A DNA stretch of 63,622 bases from Vicinamibacterales bacterium (lineage in GTDB: Bacteria; Acidobacteriota; Vicinamibacteria; Vicinamibacterales; UBA2999), in assembly GCA_050748045.1 (NCBI GenBank), contig JBOGIW010000339.1, positions 1 through 63,622 of the forward strand, in the 5' to 3' direction. Made by a program: the position numbers and the translations under genes. The notes beneath the pieces were generated by a model. The model worked only from the letters and a program-made list of their open reading frames with translations. It was not told the origin of the DNA and ran no database searches. Below are positions 1 to 9,002 of the stretch, one piece after another (within the stretch, counting starts at the first letter, position 1; each line of letters opens with the position of its first letter).

Positions 1-140
1 GTGCAAGTCCGGCTGCATTCGGCCAGCGATGCATCCCCGCCGGCTGCGTTGCTCCTCCCTCGAATATTCCCGATATTCTCTGTCGTCGCGCCTTGCCGGC
101 GGGGCGCCTCGCCGGCCTCGGTGCGACGCCGGACTTGCAC
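1..140 (-). repeat. Long-hairpin repeat element, copy A. A conserved two-block core sits inside a perfect 13-bp inverted repeat. The element may continue past the window edge.
   Basis: 1-13 GTGCAAGTCCGGC is the exact reverse complement of 128-140 GCCGGACTTGCAC. Internal blocks at 86-110 and 27-54 (read on the minus strand) match blocks 37124-37148 and 37178-37205 of copy B almost base for base. The element ends 9 nt downstream of the proS stop. Confidence 0.6.
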
Positions 141-149
141 CACGGGCTG

Positions 150-1610
150 CTAGTACGACTTGGCGAACCAGGCGTTGGCGGTCGCCGGTCCCCCGCACCG
201 CAGGCACCGCGTCCCCGCGGGCTTCTCGCCCGTGAACGGGATGTTGCGGATCGTGGCCTGCGTCTCGGCTTTGATCTGCGCCTCGCAGTCCGCCGAGCCG
301 CACCAGGGCGAGACGACGAAGCCCGGACGGCCGTCCATGATGGCCTTGAACTCGTCGTAGGCATCGGTCCACGACGTGTGCTCCTCGCGGTACCGGAGCG
401 CGCGATCGAAGAGCGCCTGCTGGATCGCCGTCAGCAGGTCCTCGACGCGCCCGGCCAGGCCGTCGATCGGCGCGAACGACTTCTCACGCGTGTCGCGGCG
501 CGCCAGCACCACCTGCTGCTTCTCGATGTCCTTCGGGCCGATCTCGAGACGCAGCGGCACGCCGCGCAGCTCCCACTCGTTGAACTTCCAGCCCGGCGTC
601 TGCGAGTCGCGGTCGTCGAGCACGACGCGCACGCCGCGGGCGGCGAGCGCGTCGCGAATCTCCTGCGCCCGCGGCAGCACGGTTTCCTTCCAGTTGCCCC
701 TCGAGATCGGCACGATGACCACCTGGTACGGCGCGATCCTCGGCGGCAGGATCAGGCCCCCCTCGTCGCCGTGCGTCATGATCACGCCGCCGATCATGCG
801 CGTGGAGACGCCCCAGGACGTGCCGTACACGAACTGCACGGACTTGTCGCGCGCCTGGAACGTGATGTCGAACACCTTCGCGAAGTTCTGGCCCAGATTG
901 TGCGAGGTGCCCGCCTGCAGCGCGCGGCCGTCGCGCATCAGCGCCTCGATCGAATAGGTCCGCTCGGCGCCGGCGAACTTCTCGCTCGCGGTCTTCTCGC
1001 CGTCGATGACCGGCATCGCGAGGTCGGTCTCGGCGAAGTCCTTGTACACGGCGAGCATTCTGAGCGTTTCCTGCTGCGCCTCGTCCGCCGTCTCGTGCGC
1101 CGTGTGCCCTTCCTGCCAGAGGAACTCGGTGGTCCGCAGGAACAGCCGCGTCACCTTCTCCCAGCGCACGACGTTCGCCCACTGGTTGATCAGGATCGGC
1201 AGATCCCGCCACGACTGGACCCACTTCGCGTACATCGTGCCGATGATCGTCTCGGAGGTCGGCCGCACCGCCAGCGGCTCCTCCAGCTCCTCGGCGCCGC
1301 CCCGCGTGACCCACGCCACCTGCGGCGCGAACCCCTCGACGTGCTCGCTCTCCTTCATCAGGAGGCTCTCGGGAATGAACAGCGGAAAGTACGCGTTCAC
1401 GTGGCCCGTCGCCTTGAAGCGGCGATCGAGCCCCTGCTGCATCAGCTCCCAGATCGCGTACCCATAGGGGCGGATCACCATGCAGCCTTTGACCGGCGAA
1501 TAGTCCGCGAGCTCGGCGCGCCGGACGACGTCGATGTACCAGCGGCCGAAGTCCTGGGACTGAGGCGTGATTTCGGTCGGGAGGTCGGGGATCTCGGTCT
1601 CTTTGGACAT
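150..1610 (-). CDS. proS: Prolyl-tRNA synthetase, short archaeal/eukaryote-like type (~486 aa)
   Basis: ORF 150..1646. The N-terminal region (FGRWYIDVVRRAELADYSPVKGCMVIRPYGYAIWE) and the remaining class IIa motifs are typical of ProRS. The C-terminus carries Cys pairs and ends ...AWFAKSY. I chose the start at MSKETEI (ATG 1610); the upstream ATG at 1646 is also possible. Confidence 0.93.
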   Translation of the reverse strand: MSKETEIPDLPTEITPQSQDFGRWYIDVVRRAELADYSPVKGCMVIRPYGYAIWELMQQGLDRRFKATGHVNAYFPLFIPESLLMKESEHVEGFAPQVAWVTRGGAEELEEPLAVRPTSETIIGTMYAKWVQSWRDLPILINQWANVVRWEKVTRLFLRTTEFLWQEGHTAHETADEAQQETLRMLAVYKDFAETDLAMPVIDGEKTASEKFAGAERTYSIEALMRDGRALQAGTSHNLGQNFAKVFDITFQARDKSVQFVYGTSWGVSTRMIGGVIMTHGDEGGLILPPRIAPYQVVIVPISRGNWKETVLPRAQEIRDALAARGVRVVLDDRDSQTPGWKFNEWELRGVPLRLEIGPKDIEKQQVVLARRDTREKSFAPIDGLAGRVEDLLTAIQQALFDRALRYREEHTSWTDAYDEFKAIMDGRPGFVVSPWCGSADCEAQIKAETQATIRNIPFTGEKPAGTRCLRCGGPATANAWFAKSY

Positions 1611-1658
1611 GGGCGCATCCAGTGTAGCCCGATGCGCCCCGCCCATTCCCGGAAGGGG

Positions 1659-2519
1659 TCAGCGTGAGGCGGCCGGTGCCTGGTCCAGGAGGGCCATGCG
1701 CGCCTTGACCGTCTCGGCGTCGGGCGCGTCCTCGGCGAGCTCGAGATACCGGCCGTAGGCGGCAGCCGCGTCCGTGGGACGCCCGGCGGCCTCGAGGGCG
1801 AGCCCGTGGGACAGGTGGAAGTCGGCCTGCCCAGGGGCCAGGCGAATCGCGCGCTCGAAGCCCTCGATGGCGCCGGGGAGGTCGCCGCTCGCCTGGAGCG
1901 CCTTCGCGAGATTGAACGCGGTCGCGTAGTCGTCGGGGAAACGCTCGAGCGCGTCGCGGTAGCCCTCGACAGCGGAGCCCCACTGTCCAAGCTCGGCGAA
2001 GCCACGCGCGCGATTGAAGCGGTAGGCCCAGCGATCCGGCGCGATCCTGACGGCGCGATCGAAGAACGGCATCGCCTCGACGGCGCGGCCGCTTCTCACG
2101 AGGAGCTGGCCCAGGTTGTTGAGCGCTTCGGGATCGGTCGGGTCCGCGTCAACGGCCTGTTGAAAGTGATTCAGCGCGGCAGGCACGTCGCCGCGGGCGT
2201 AGGCCGCTTCGCCGGGGCGTCGGGCGTCGATCGAGCGAACGACCCGTGGATAGACCGGCGCGGGCGCCGCACGTCGTGCCGCGCTCCGTGTGTCGGCGGC
2301 CGGCGAGTACTCAAGCGCCGCGGGTCTCGTCGCCACGATCCCGACGAGCGCGACGGCACCAACGACGGAGGCCGCTGCGAAGAGGCCCGCGGGCGGCGAC
2401 AGCCGCTGCGCCCTCCCGCCGGGATCGGCCGCCATCGGCTGGCCGCACCGGGTACAGCGAGGGCGGCCGCCTCGAACCTTGGCGCCGCACGACGCGCACC
2501 GGACGGCGGCCGGCCTCAC
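1659..2519 (-). CDS. Zinc-ribbon / single-TM / TPR-repeat protein, translationally coupled to pilY1
   Basis: This is the C-terminal part of ORF 1659..4838. It contains CASCGAK...CTRCGQP (CxxC-N10-CxxC), a hydrophobic helix LFAAASVVGAVALVGIV, and then several TPR-like repeats. A GTG at 2519 overlaps the pilY1 TGA (GTGA). Confidence 0.7.
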   Translation of the reverse strand: MRPAAVRCASCGAKVRGGRPRCTRCGQPMAADPGGRAQRLSPPAGLFAAASVVGAVALVGIVATRPAALEYSPAADTRSAARRAAPAPVYPRVVRSIDARRPGEAAYARGDVPAALNHFQQAVDADPTDPEALNNLGQLLVRSGRAVEAMPFFDRAVRIAPDRWAYRFNRARGFAELGQWGSAVEGYRDALERFPDDYATAFNLAKALQASGDLPGAIEGFERAIRLAPGQADFHLSHGLALEAAGRPTDAAAAYGRYLELAEDAPDAETVKARMALLDQAPAASR

Positions 2520-5500
2520 CGGACTTCGCGCCACGAGAGGATCCGCACGCCGACCTGGCCGACGCCGTTGTTGAAGTCGTCCGGATCGCCGAACATCTGG
2601 ATCTTGTCGCCGGCGGCGAACGCCACGTGCTGGTCGACGATGAACGGCGCCGTCGCCCGGGCGCCGGCGATCGTCGTCACCTTCTGCTGGTCCGCGTTCG
2701 TGATGCTGCCGCTGTTGTTCGTGTCGTAGGCCGGACCGCCGATGAACGTGAACGCGTAGAGGTTCGCGTCCGGCAGCGCACAGGGCGTGGCCGGCTTGAA
2801 GGTCGTCGTCGTGAAGAACACGATGTCGCCGGCGACGGCCGGGAACGACGTCACCTTCTCGTCGTTGCCCGCCGAGTCCACCCGCTCGAGCATGATGGCC
2901 GCCGTGCGCGTGCCGCTCGCTCCGTTGTCCAGCACGACGAGCAACCGGTACTGCTGGTTCACGCCGTTGCTCGGCAAGAGATCGCTGCCCGTCGCCTGGA
3001 AGAGATACTGGTTCGTGCCGCCGACGTTCACCGTCGCCATCGACGCGAAGAGCGGCTGCGACGTGTTGGACTCGCCCGACGGCAGATTCTGGGTGCTGGC
3101 GTTGTAGAGCTGCACGAGCGCCGCGATCCTCGGCGTGTGCGCCGCGTCCTCCCCGATATCGAAGCGCCAGATCTTTCCGTCGAGATCCCCGATGTACACC
3201 TTGGTCACGAAGCGCGAGTCGGGAGGCCCGGTCGCCACCGGATCGGCTTGCAGCGCGTTCTTCAGCCGCCGGCAGTCGTTGATCGCCTGGCAGTTGTCGA
3301 CTGTCTCCGCGAAGCCGTCGGAGCCGACGCTTCGCGAGTCGAACACCGTGCCGGTCTCGACATCGAGCAGGTAGAAGGTCGTGCCCGCCACGACGCCGCC
3401 CCTGTTGGCCGCCTGCTGCTGCGTGTACGGAAAGGCCCCCGAGCCGGTCAGCACGGCGTACTTCCCGTTGGGGCCGCCAATCTGGCCGACGGCCGGATCC
3501 GACCACGTCTGGCCGACCGTCTTCGCCACCTGGGGCGCCGTGGCGGCGACGTCGCCCCAGGTGCCCAGCGTCACGTCGAAATCGGAGTAGCGCGGGAAGC
3601 TCCACTCGAGCGGGATGCGCGAGGCGTCGCTGAAGTAGGCGAGCACGTTGTCGATGTTGTCGTCGGCCGGCGACACGGCCTGGCTCAGGCTCTCGAGCGT
3701 CACGTCGAAGGTCTGGTAGAAGGTACCCCCGGCGCCCTGGCCGACGACGAGGTAGGTGCGCCACTCCCCGTTGATCTTCACGTCGGCCACCTTCGGCGAG
3801 CTGTCGACGAAGTACCGGAACGCGCCCACCGGCTGACCGAAGGGCAGCGCCTTCAGCTTCGGCAGGAGGTTGAACGGGATGTACGCCCACACTTCGATGC
3901 CGAGCCGTCCGTCGATCGCGCGAAACATGCCGTCGTTGCCGCCGACCCATACGAGGCTGCGGCGGTTCTTGTTCGCGTCGGCGAAGCCCGGGTAATCGCT
4001 GTCCGGCGGCGGATCGAGCGACGGAGCGTCCATCAGGGCTGGCGTCGATCCGACGAAGGCGCCGAGGGGCTGGCTGCGGACGTACTCGATCAGCCCGACG
4101 GTGTCGGTGGTTCGCAGGTACGGCTGCAGCAGTGCGGCGTTGGCGGCCGTGAACGCGACAAGCGTGCCGTCGGGCAGCGACGTATAGATGTTCCGGCTCG
4201 CGGGCTCGGGCGTCGTCGCCACCCAGAGCCGCGTGCCGTCGGCGGAGAACTTGTACCCCGCCGGCTTCGTGGCGTCTACGACCGGCCTGTAGACACGGAA
4301 GGCGCGGAGCTTCCCGTCGAAGCCGGGCAGGGAAAAGCCCGTCGTCAGCATTACGTTCGATCGCTGCGGGATCTTCACGCCGGTCGCCGGGTGATTGATG
4401 ATCGTCAGCGGCAGACCCGATCCGGTGATGTCGCGGGCGTTCTCGAGGTTGACGGAGCCGATAATCGGGCTCGTCACCTGGTGCTCGCTGAAGGGACCGA
4501 TTGGCAGCTCGACGGTCGGATCCGTGTCGAAGTGGCTCTGCTCGGCAAACGCGTGCTGCACCGCGACGTTGACGGCGTTGACGAGCTCCGGCACCGGCCG
4601 GCCAGGAGTCGTCGCGCTGATCATCGCCGGAGTGATATGCGTGAAGCGACCACCGCTGTTCTCGGCAATCTGCCGCAGTTGGGTCGTGTCGCCGAGCGGA
4701 GCGATGGCGATGACGTGAATCGGCACGCGGCGGTTCGCGCCGACGTTGAGGAACTGCAGCGCTTTCGCCGCGGGATCCTCGCCCGTCGTGTCGCCCTCGC
4801 CCCCCCCGACGACGAGGATCGCCACGGTGTTGCGGCACACCGTGTCGGCATTCGCGAGCGTCACGGCTTCGGCCTTGAGGTCGTCGAGCAGGTTGTCGAG
4901 GGGCGCGTCCACGATGCCGGCGCCGTCACGGCCGGCAGGTATCAAGGCGTCAGGCTCGAAGACGCCTTTCCCGAGCGTCGTGAGGATCGTGGCATTCGCA
5001 TTCGGAGCCTCGACCGCCGTCAGCGGCGGCGCCGGGCCGCCGATGGACCCGTTGGTGGAGTTGACGACCGGGCGTGTAATCAGCCACTTGCCCCCGTTGG
5101 ACTCGCTCGAGGCGGCCTGCACCGCGTCGGCCACGTTGACCGGACCTTCGTTCTTCGGACCGGCCCATCTGGGACTGTTCTGGCGCGTCTTGAAGAGCGA
5201 GAACCGCGCGACGGACGCGTTGGCGCTGATCCCTTCGATCAGCCCTCGCCGCGCAATCGCGAGGCGTGTCGTCTCGTCGAACGTCGCGAACCCCGCGTCG
5301 AGATCGGTCACGGTCTCGATCCGATCGGCCGCGAACTTGTCGCCGGCCGAGGCCGCCGGATCGGTGTGAACCAGGTTGATGTAGCGCCGGCGGTACTGCG
5401 TCACCGGGCTCGTCGGCGGGATCCCGATCCCCGGCTCCCACGCGGCGCCGGTCTTTGTGTAGACGTTCGCATCCAGGTACACGTCGTCGGCGTCGCGCTG

Positions 5501-5647
5501 CATGCGGTTGGTGGTCTCGACCGCGATGAGCACGTTCGGCGGCACGCGCTTGATGAACAGCAGCGGATCGAGCTGCGCGGCCGCGTCGCGGGCCGAGCCG
5601 AGCGCGACCAGCGTGAGCGCAACGATGAAGACTGGTTTCCTCGTCAT
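2516..5647 (-). CDS. pilY1: PilY1-like type IV pilus tip-associated protein (signal peptide, vWA-like N-domain, C-terminal beta-propeller)
   Basis: 1043 aa. The N-terminus has a signal peptide (MTRKPVFIVALTLVALGSARDAAAQ). The family-typical propeller signature VYIGDLDGKIWRFDI is present. The gene lies directly downstream of pilX in a minor-pilin operon. Confidence 0.85.
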   Translation of the reverse strand: MTRKPVFIVALTLVALGSARDAAAQLDPLLFIKRVPPNVLIAVETTNRMQRDADDVYLDANVYTKTGAAWEPGIGIPPTSPVTQYRRRYINLVHTDPAASAGDKFAADRIETVTDLDAGFATFDETTRLAIARRGLIEGISANASVARFSLFKTRQNSPRWAGPKNEGPVNVADAVQAASSESNGGKWLITRPVVNSTNGSIGGPAPPLTAVEAPNANATILTTLGKGVFEPDALIPAGRDGAGIVDAPLDNLLDDLKAEAVTLANADTVCRNTVAILVVGGGEGDTTGEDPAAKALQFLNVGANRRVPIHVIAIAPLGDTTQLRQIAENSGGRFTHITPAMISATTPGRPVPELVNAVNVAVQHAFAEQSHFDTDPTVELPIGPFSEHQVTSPIIGSVNLENARDITGSGLPLTIINHPATGVKIPQRSNVMLTTGFSLPGFDGKLRAFRVYRPVVDATKPAGYKFSADGTRLWVATTPEPASRNIYTSLPDGTLVAFTAANAALLQPYLRTTDTVGLIEYVRSQPLGAFVGSTPALMDAPSLDPPPDSDYPGFADANKNRRSLVWVGGNDGMFRAIDGRLGIEVWAYIPFNLLPKLKALPFGQPVGAFRYFVDSSPKVADVKINGEWRTYLVVGQGAGGTFYQTFDVTLESLSQAVSPADDNIDNVLAYFSDASRIPLEWSFPRYSDFDVTLGTWGDVAATAPQVAKTVGQTWSDPAVGQIGGPNGKYAVLTGSGAFPYTQQQAANRGGVVAGTTFYLLDVETGTVFDSRSVGSDGFAETVDNCQAINDCRRLKNALQADPVATGPPDSRFVTKVYIGDLDGKIWRFDIGEDAAHTPRIAALVQLYNASTQNLPSGESNTSQPLFASMATVNVGGTNQYLFQATGSDLLPSNGVNQQYRLLVVLDNGASGTRTAAIMLERVDSAGNDEKVTSFPAVAGDIVFFTTTTFKPATPCALPDANLYAFTFIGGPAYDTNNSGSITNADQQKVTTIAGARATAPFIVDQHVAFAAGDKIQMFGDPDDFNNGVGQVGVRILSWREVR

Positions 5648-5661
5648 GATGTCACCTGCGC

Positions 5662-6486
5662 CTACGGCGTGAAGCCACCGGACGTCACGCCCATCTCGCG
5701 GCGCGTCAGCGCCTTGCCGGGCGTCTGCACGGCGGCCTTCCTGGCACGGCGGTTCTGTTCGTCCTGCCCTCGCTGGCCGGTGTAGCCGCGCTCGATCTCC
5801 GTCGTATCGGTGCGGGCCACCGTGGTTTCGATGACCCGACGCACGCCGCCGGCGCCGTAGGCGTACGCCAGCATCGAGAGGACGCCCTGACCTTCATTCT
5901 TCGTGCACGGGGCGACGGGCGCCGCGCCGTCGACCAGCGGCTGGTTGTCGCACTCCGCCGGGTCGTCGGCCACCCAGACGATCACGTAGATCTCCGAGTT
6001 GAGCGTGTCGGTGGGCAGCAGGTCCGTCACCAGACCGTAGGCGTAGAGCTGCCACCGCGGGTTGTTCGCGCCCCACGGCCGCTCGTCCGTCATCGCATTC
6101 ATCGCCGCCTCGTCACACCCCGCGAGAATGCCGCACCGCACGATGTTCGTCGCCTGGACGAGGTCGATGACGCCGGCCCCCGTCGTGCGCTGTCCCGGCG
6201 GGCCGTCCACGAACGACGAGGTCAGGGTGCCGTCGAGAATGCGGTTCCAGTCGGGCACAGTGAGCAGGTCCTGCATCACCCGCTCGATCGCCGCGTCGGC
6301 GGCATAGAGCGTCTCGGACCCCGCGCGATGATTGCCTGAGATCTTCGTCTCGGTGACGGTCACCAGCGTCAACGCGACGCCGAGCGCCGTCAGCAGCAGC
6401 ATCGTCATCAGCGCGACGACGAGCGCCATGCCGCGCTCGCCGGCGCAGCGGTTCCGGAACGTGGACGGAGAAGGATGTGGCTGCAT
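5662..6486 (-). CDS. pilX: PilX-like minor pilin (PilX N-terminal domain)
   Basis: The N-terminus reads ...ERGMALVVALMTMLLLTALGVALTLVTVTETKISGNH, as in the PilX/GspK-like family. The gene lies between pilW and pilY1. Confidence 0.8.
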   Translation of the reverse strand: MQPHPSPSTFRNRCAGERGMALVVALMTMLLLTALGVALTLVTVTETKISGNHRAGSETLYAADAAIERVMQDLLTVPDWNRILDGTLTSSFVDGPPGQRTTGAGVIDLVQATNIVRCGILAGCDEAAMNAMTDERPWGANNPRWQLYAYGLVTDLLPTDTLNSEIYVIVWVADDPAECDNQPLVDGAAPVAPCTKNEGQGVLSMLAYAYGAGGVRRVIETTVARTDTTEIERGYTGQRGQDEQNRRARKAAVQTPGKALTRREMGVTSGGFTP

Positions 6487-6487
6487 G

Positions 6488-7705
6488 TCAGCGCCCCAGG
6501 TTCATGTTGCGCGGCGTCACGTCGAACCGGATCTCCTGGTCGGGAATCTGCCCGGCCGTCCGTACGGCACTCCCGCCGTAGTGGAACAGCGGCCCCGCCG
6601 GACCGCGCATCCAGGGCTTCGAGACCTGCACGCGGAGTGTCGCGCGGATGCGCCGTATGCGCAGCAGATCCGCGTCGAATCGGCTTATCTTCGAGGCATC
6701 CGGACACCAGGGACCGTCGGTGAGCATGGCCTGCGTCAGCCTCACTTGCCCGAGACCGCCGCCATTCAGCACCGGAAGCCGAGGAACGTGCCGGCCATCG
6801 ACCACGGTGAACACGCAGTTCTCGCCTGCGCCCCACGAGTCCGTGCCGACATCAGTGCCGAGCACCGGCGGCTTGGGCCCGTAGGTCGTCCACGGTCCAG
6901 GGCCACTGAGCGGCTTGTTGGGAATGAGCTGGGGCGGGCTCGGGTCTCCCCAGTACTCGAATTCCAGCTTCACGACGTCGTCGACGACAGGTACCGGCGG
7001 ATCCCATCCGTCGTCGTACATGAGCTGGTACGTCTTGGTGGCATTGTCGGTGTTCAGGTAGTACGTCACGCTCTTGATCTGCGTGACGTTCGCTCCAGCC
7101 TCGTACCCGATCGTGAACTGCTGGCCACGGTGCTGCAGGTGCGCCGCCGCATCCTGCACGTGCGTGACGGTGAACACGTCCCAGTTGCCGCTCGCGTCGA
7201 AAATGATCAACCGCATCCCGACCTCGAACCCGCACAGCTGGTTCTGCTTGTTGCCGGGGCAGTTGGACTGCGGGTTCACCTTGATTTCCGCCGAATTCGG
7301 CGGCATCCCGTCCGAGATCGTCGTTTGCGACGGCGTGGGGGGCACGTACAACAGGCTGATGGTGTCGGGGCGGTAGTACACGCCGCTTTCCGGATCGGGA
7401 TTGTCGCCGGTGGCGCGGTACGGCATCACCGGCGCCATGAAGTTGTAGAGACCACCAGCGTTCGGGCCGGTGTAAGTACCTGCGCCCGCCATGACCAGGT
7501 CCTTCTGCAGCGTGTCGATGCCGACACGCATCCGCTGCTGCATGTCGGACACTTCGGGCTGGGTGTTGAACGCGCCCGACGCGGGGTTCAGGATGTCGAA
7601 CATGGCGCCCGTCACGACGACCATGATGAGCGTCGCGATGAGCATCTCGATCATCGTGAAGCCCGCCTCGGAGCGGAGCCGGCGCCGCCGCTGGATGGAG
7701 GTCAT
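6488..7705 (-). CDS. pilW: PilW-like minor pilin
   Basis: Prepilin N-terminus SEAGFTMIEMLIATLIMVVV. Size (405 aa) and operon position fit pilW. ATGA overlap with pilV. Confidence 0.82.
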   Translation of the reverse strand: MTSIQRRRRLRSEAGFTMIEMLIATLIMVVVTGAMFDILNPASGAFNTQPEVSDMQQRMRVGIDTLQKDLVMAGAGTYTGPNAGGLYNFMAPVMPYRATGDNPDPESGVYYRPDTISLLYVPPTPSQTTISDGMPPNSAEIKVNPQSNCPGNKQNQLCGFEVGMRLIIFDASGNWDVFTVTHVQDAAAHLQHRGQQFTIGYEAGANVTQIKSVTYYLNTDNATKTYQLMYDDGWDPPVPVVDDVVKLEFEYWGDPSPPQLIPNKPLSGPGPWTTYGPKPPVLGTDVGTDSWGAGENCVFTVVDGRHVPRLPVLNGGGLGQVRLTQAMLTDGPWCPDASKISRFDADLLRIRRIRATLRVQVSKPWMRGPAGPLFHYGGSAVRTAGQIPDQEIRFDVTPRNMNLGR

Positions 7706-8271
7706 TGCGATTTCCTCGTCTTGACCGTGGCCACGCGCGCCTCCTGGCCGAGCCGGCCGACGCGGCCCTCGTCGGCCGCGCCGCGGTCGCGGATGGGACC
7801 GACGAGCACCTGGATGATGATCGTGTTGTTCGGGTTCGTCGGGAGCGGCTCCACCGACCAGCGCCGGAAGTAGAGCGCCGACGCGGGCGGGATGGCATCC
7901 GAGCCGACGATCCGGCCGTTGCGATCGATGTAGTCAACCCATCCCGGCGTGTTCTGCTGCAACGCGGTGCCGGGAGACGGCGTGAGACCCGTGCCGCCAA
8001 CGGGCGCCTCCGGATCCACCGCCGTGTTGGTTGTGGTGTCGGTCAGCGGGAGGCCCAGAGGATCGAACCCCCAGGCGAGCGCGCGAAGCTGTTCGAGCTT
8101 CTGCTCCGCCAGCACCGTCGCGAAGGTCGTGTTCTTCGCCGCCGTGTTGGCGCTGATGGCCATCGCGAAGAGCTGCGCCAGCGCCAGGAGCGCCGACGTC
8201 GTGATGCCGATGGCGACGACCACCTCCGCCAGCGAGAAGCCGCGGTCGTTACTTGAGCTGAATTTTGCCAA
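7702..8271 (-). CDS. pilV: PilV-like minor pilin
   Basis: Prepilin N-terminus NDRGFSLAEVVVAIGITTSALLAL. The only possible start is TTG at 8271, which overlaps the fimT 3-prime end by 23 nt. Confidence 0.8.
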   Translation of the reverse strand: MAKFSSSNDRGFSLAEVVVAIGITTSALLALAQLFAMAISANTAAKNTTFATVLAEQKLEQLRALAWGFDPLGLPLTDTTTNTAVDPEAPVGGTGLTPSPGTALQQNTPGWVDYIDRNGRIVGSDAIPPASALYFRRWSVEPLPTNPNNTIIIQVLVGPIRDRGAADEGRVGRLGQEARVATVKTRKSQ

Positions 8272-8839
8272 GGCCGTTCACCGTGATGGTTTTGACCGTC
8301 GCGCCCTTCGTGAGCGTGATGGCCGTTCCAGTTCCAGCCACCAGGGGCCACGGGGTGATCGAGCCCGATGGCATGTGCACACTGCCGTCGGGCCAGAACT
8401 CGAGCGGCGTCGTCGCGCCGAAGGAGACCGACGGGTGGATCCGCCGCAGCGGACCGTCGTGGTTTGGCACCGTGAGCGGGTTGTTGTCCCCGGCGCCCGG
8501 CGGGTACGCGGACTCCTGGCACCGGTTGGCGGCATCGTCGGCAGCGGCGGGGATCGAAGGCGTGCCGATGAGCTCGACCATCCGGAACTCGCGGGCGCTT
8601 GGGCAGTTGAATCGCACGCGGATCGCGCGGTTGGCCGTCACGGCCTTCAAGCGCGCGGTCTGCAGCTCGCGCTCGACTTCGCGTGCGGCCTGGCCGAGGC
8701 GCATCCCATCGGCGGCGTCCTTCAGTGCCGGCACCGCCATGCCCGCAATAATCGCGAACACGACCATCACGCCCATCAGCTCGACGAGCGTGAATCCGCC
8801 CTCGTCTCCGGCACGGCGGTGAGCATGTCTCTTGAGCAC
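8249..8839 (-). CDS. fimT: FimT/FimU (GspH)-like minor pilin
   Basis: Prepilin N-terminus GDEGGFTLVELMGVMVVFAIIAGMAVP, followed by a GspH-like domain. GTG at 8839 is the only in-frame start before the cleavage motif. Confidence 0.78.
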   Translation of the reverse strand: MLKRHAHRRAGDEGGFTLVELMGVMVVFAIIAGMAVPALKDAADGMRLGQAAREVERELQTARLKAVTANRAIRVRFNCPSAREFRMVELIGTPSIPAAADDAANRCQESAYPPGAGDNNPLTVPNHDGPLRRIHPSVSFGATTPLEFWPDGSVHMPSGSITPWPLVAGTGTAITLTKGATVKTITVNGLGKIQLK

Positions 8840-8851
8840 GGCCCGGACAGG

Positions 8852-8866
8852 GCAACGGCTGGGCCA
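8852..8866 (-). promoter_or_regulatory. Sigma-54 type promoter (-24/-12) of the fimT-pilVWXY1 operon
   Basis: The minus strand reads TGGCCC-AGCCG-TTGC, with GG-N10-GC spacing as in the consensus TGGCAC-N5-TTGC. The -12 C is 13 nt from the first base of the fimT GTG. Confidence 0.55.
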
Positions 8867-8868
8867 GA

Positions 8869-8890
8869 ATCGCCCCTTTGTCGGGGCGAT
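8869..8890. other. Perfect 8-bp palindrome ATCGCCCC-N6-GGGGCGAT. It lies between the nadB stop and the fimT promoter and could be a terminator-like hairpin or a protein-binding site.
   Basis: Read directly from the sequence. No U-tract follows it on the minus strand. Confidence 0.4.
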
Positions 8891-9002
8891 GTCGGTAAAA
8901 GCCTTGAAGCTCTATGACTTACGGCTCCAGATCCGGCCCTGATCCCCGTCGCGGCCAGGACGGGCATGGGTCGATCTGAGACACGAACTTACAGGTGCGA
9001 AA

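Noticed and set aside
128-140. A tRNA T-arm-like string GGTGCAAGTCCGG (minus strand), taken as a possible tRNA gene or fragment.
   Set aside because: It has no acceptor, D or anticodon arms, and reads GGTGC instead of GGTTC. It is the outer stem of the repeat element. I found no tRNA-like GGTTCGAATCC-type motif anywhere in the window.
93-5785. Very long ORFs on the opposite strand or in other frames of real genes. Examples: 93..1667 (+), 484..1983 (-), 2246..5785 (+, 1179 aa) and the N-terminal 770 aa of 1659..4838 (-).
   Set aside because: Their translations are Arg/Ala/Gly/Pro-rich low-complexity sequence, typical of non-coding frames in ~70% GC DNA. Each overlaps a gene with clear family signatures (proS, pilY1).
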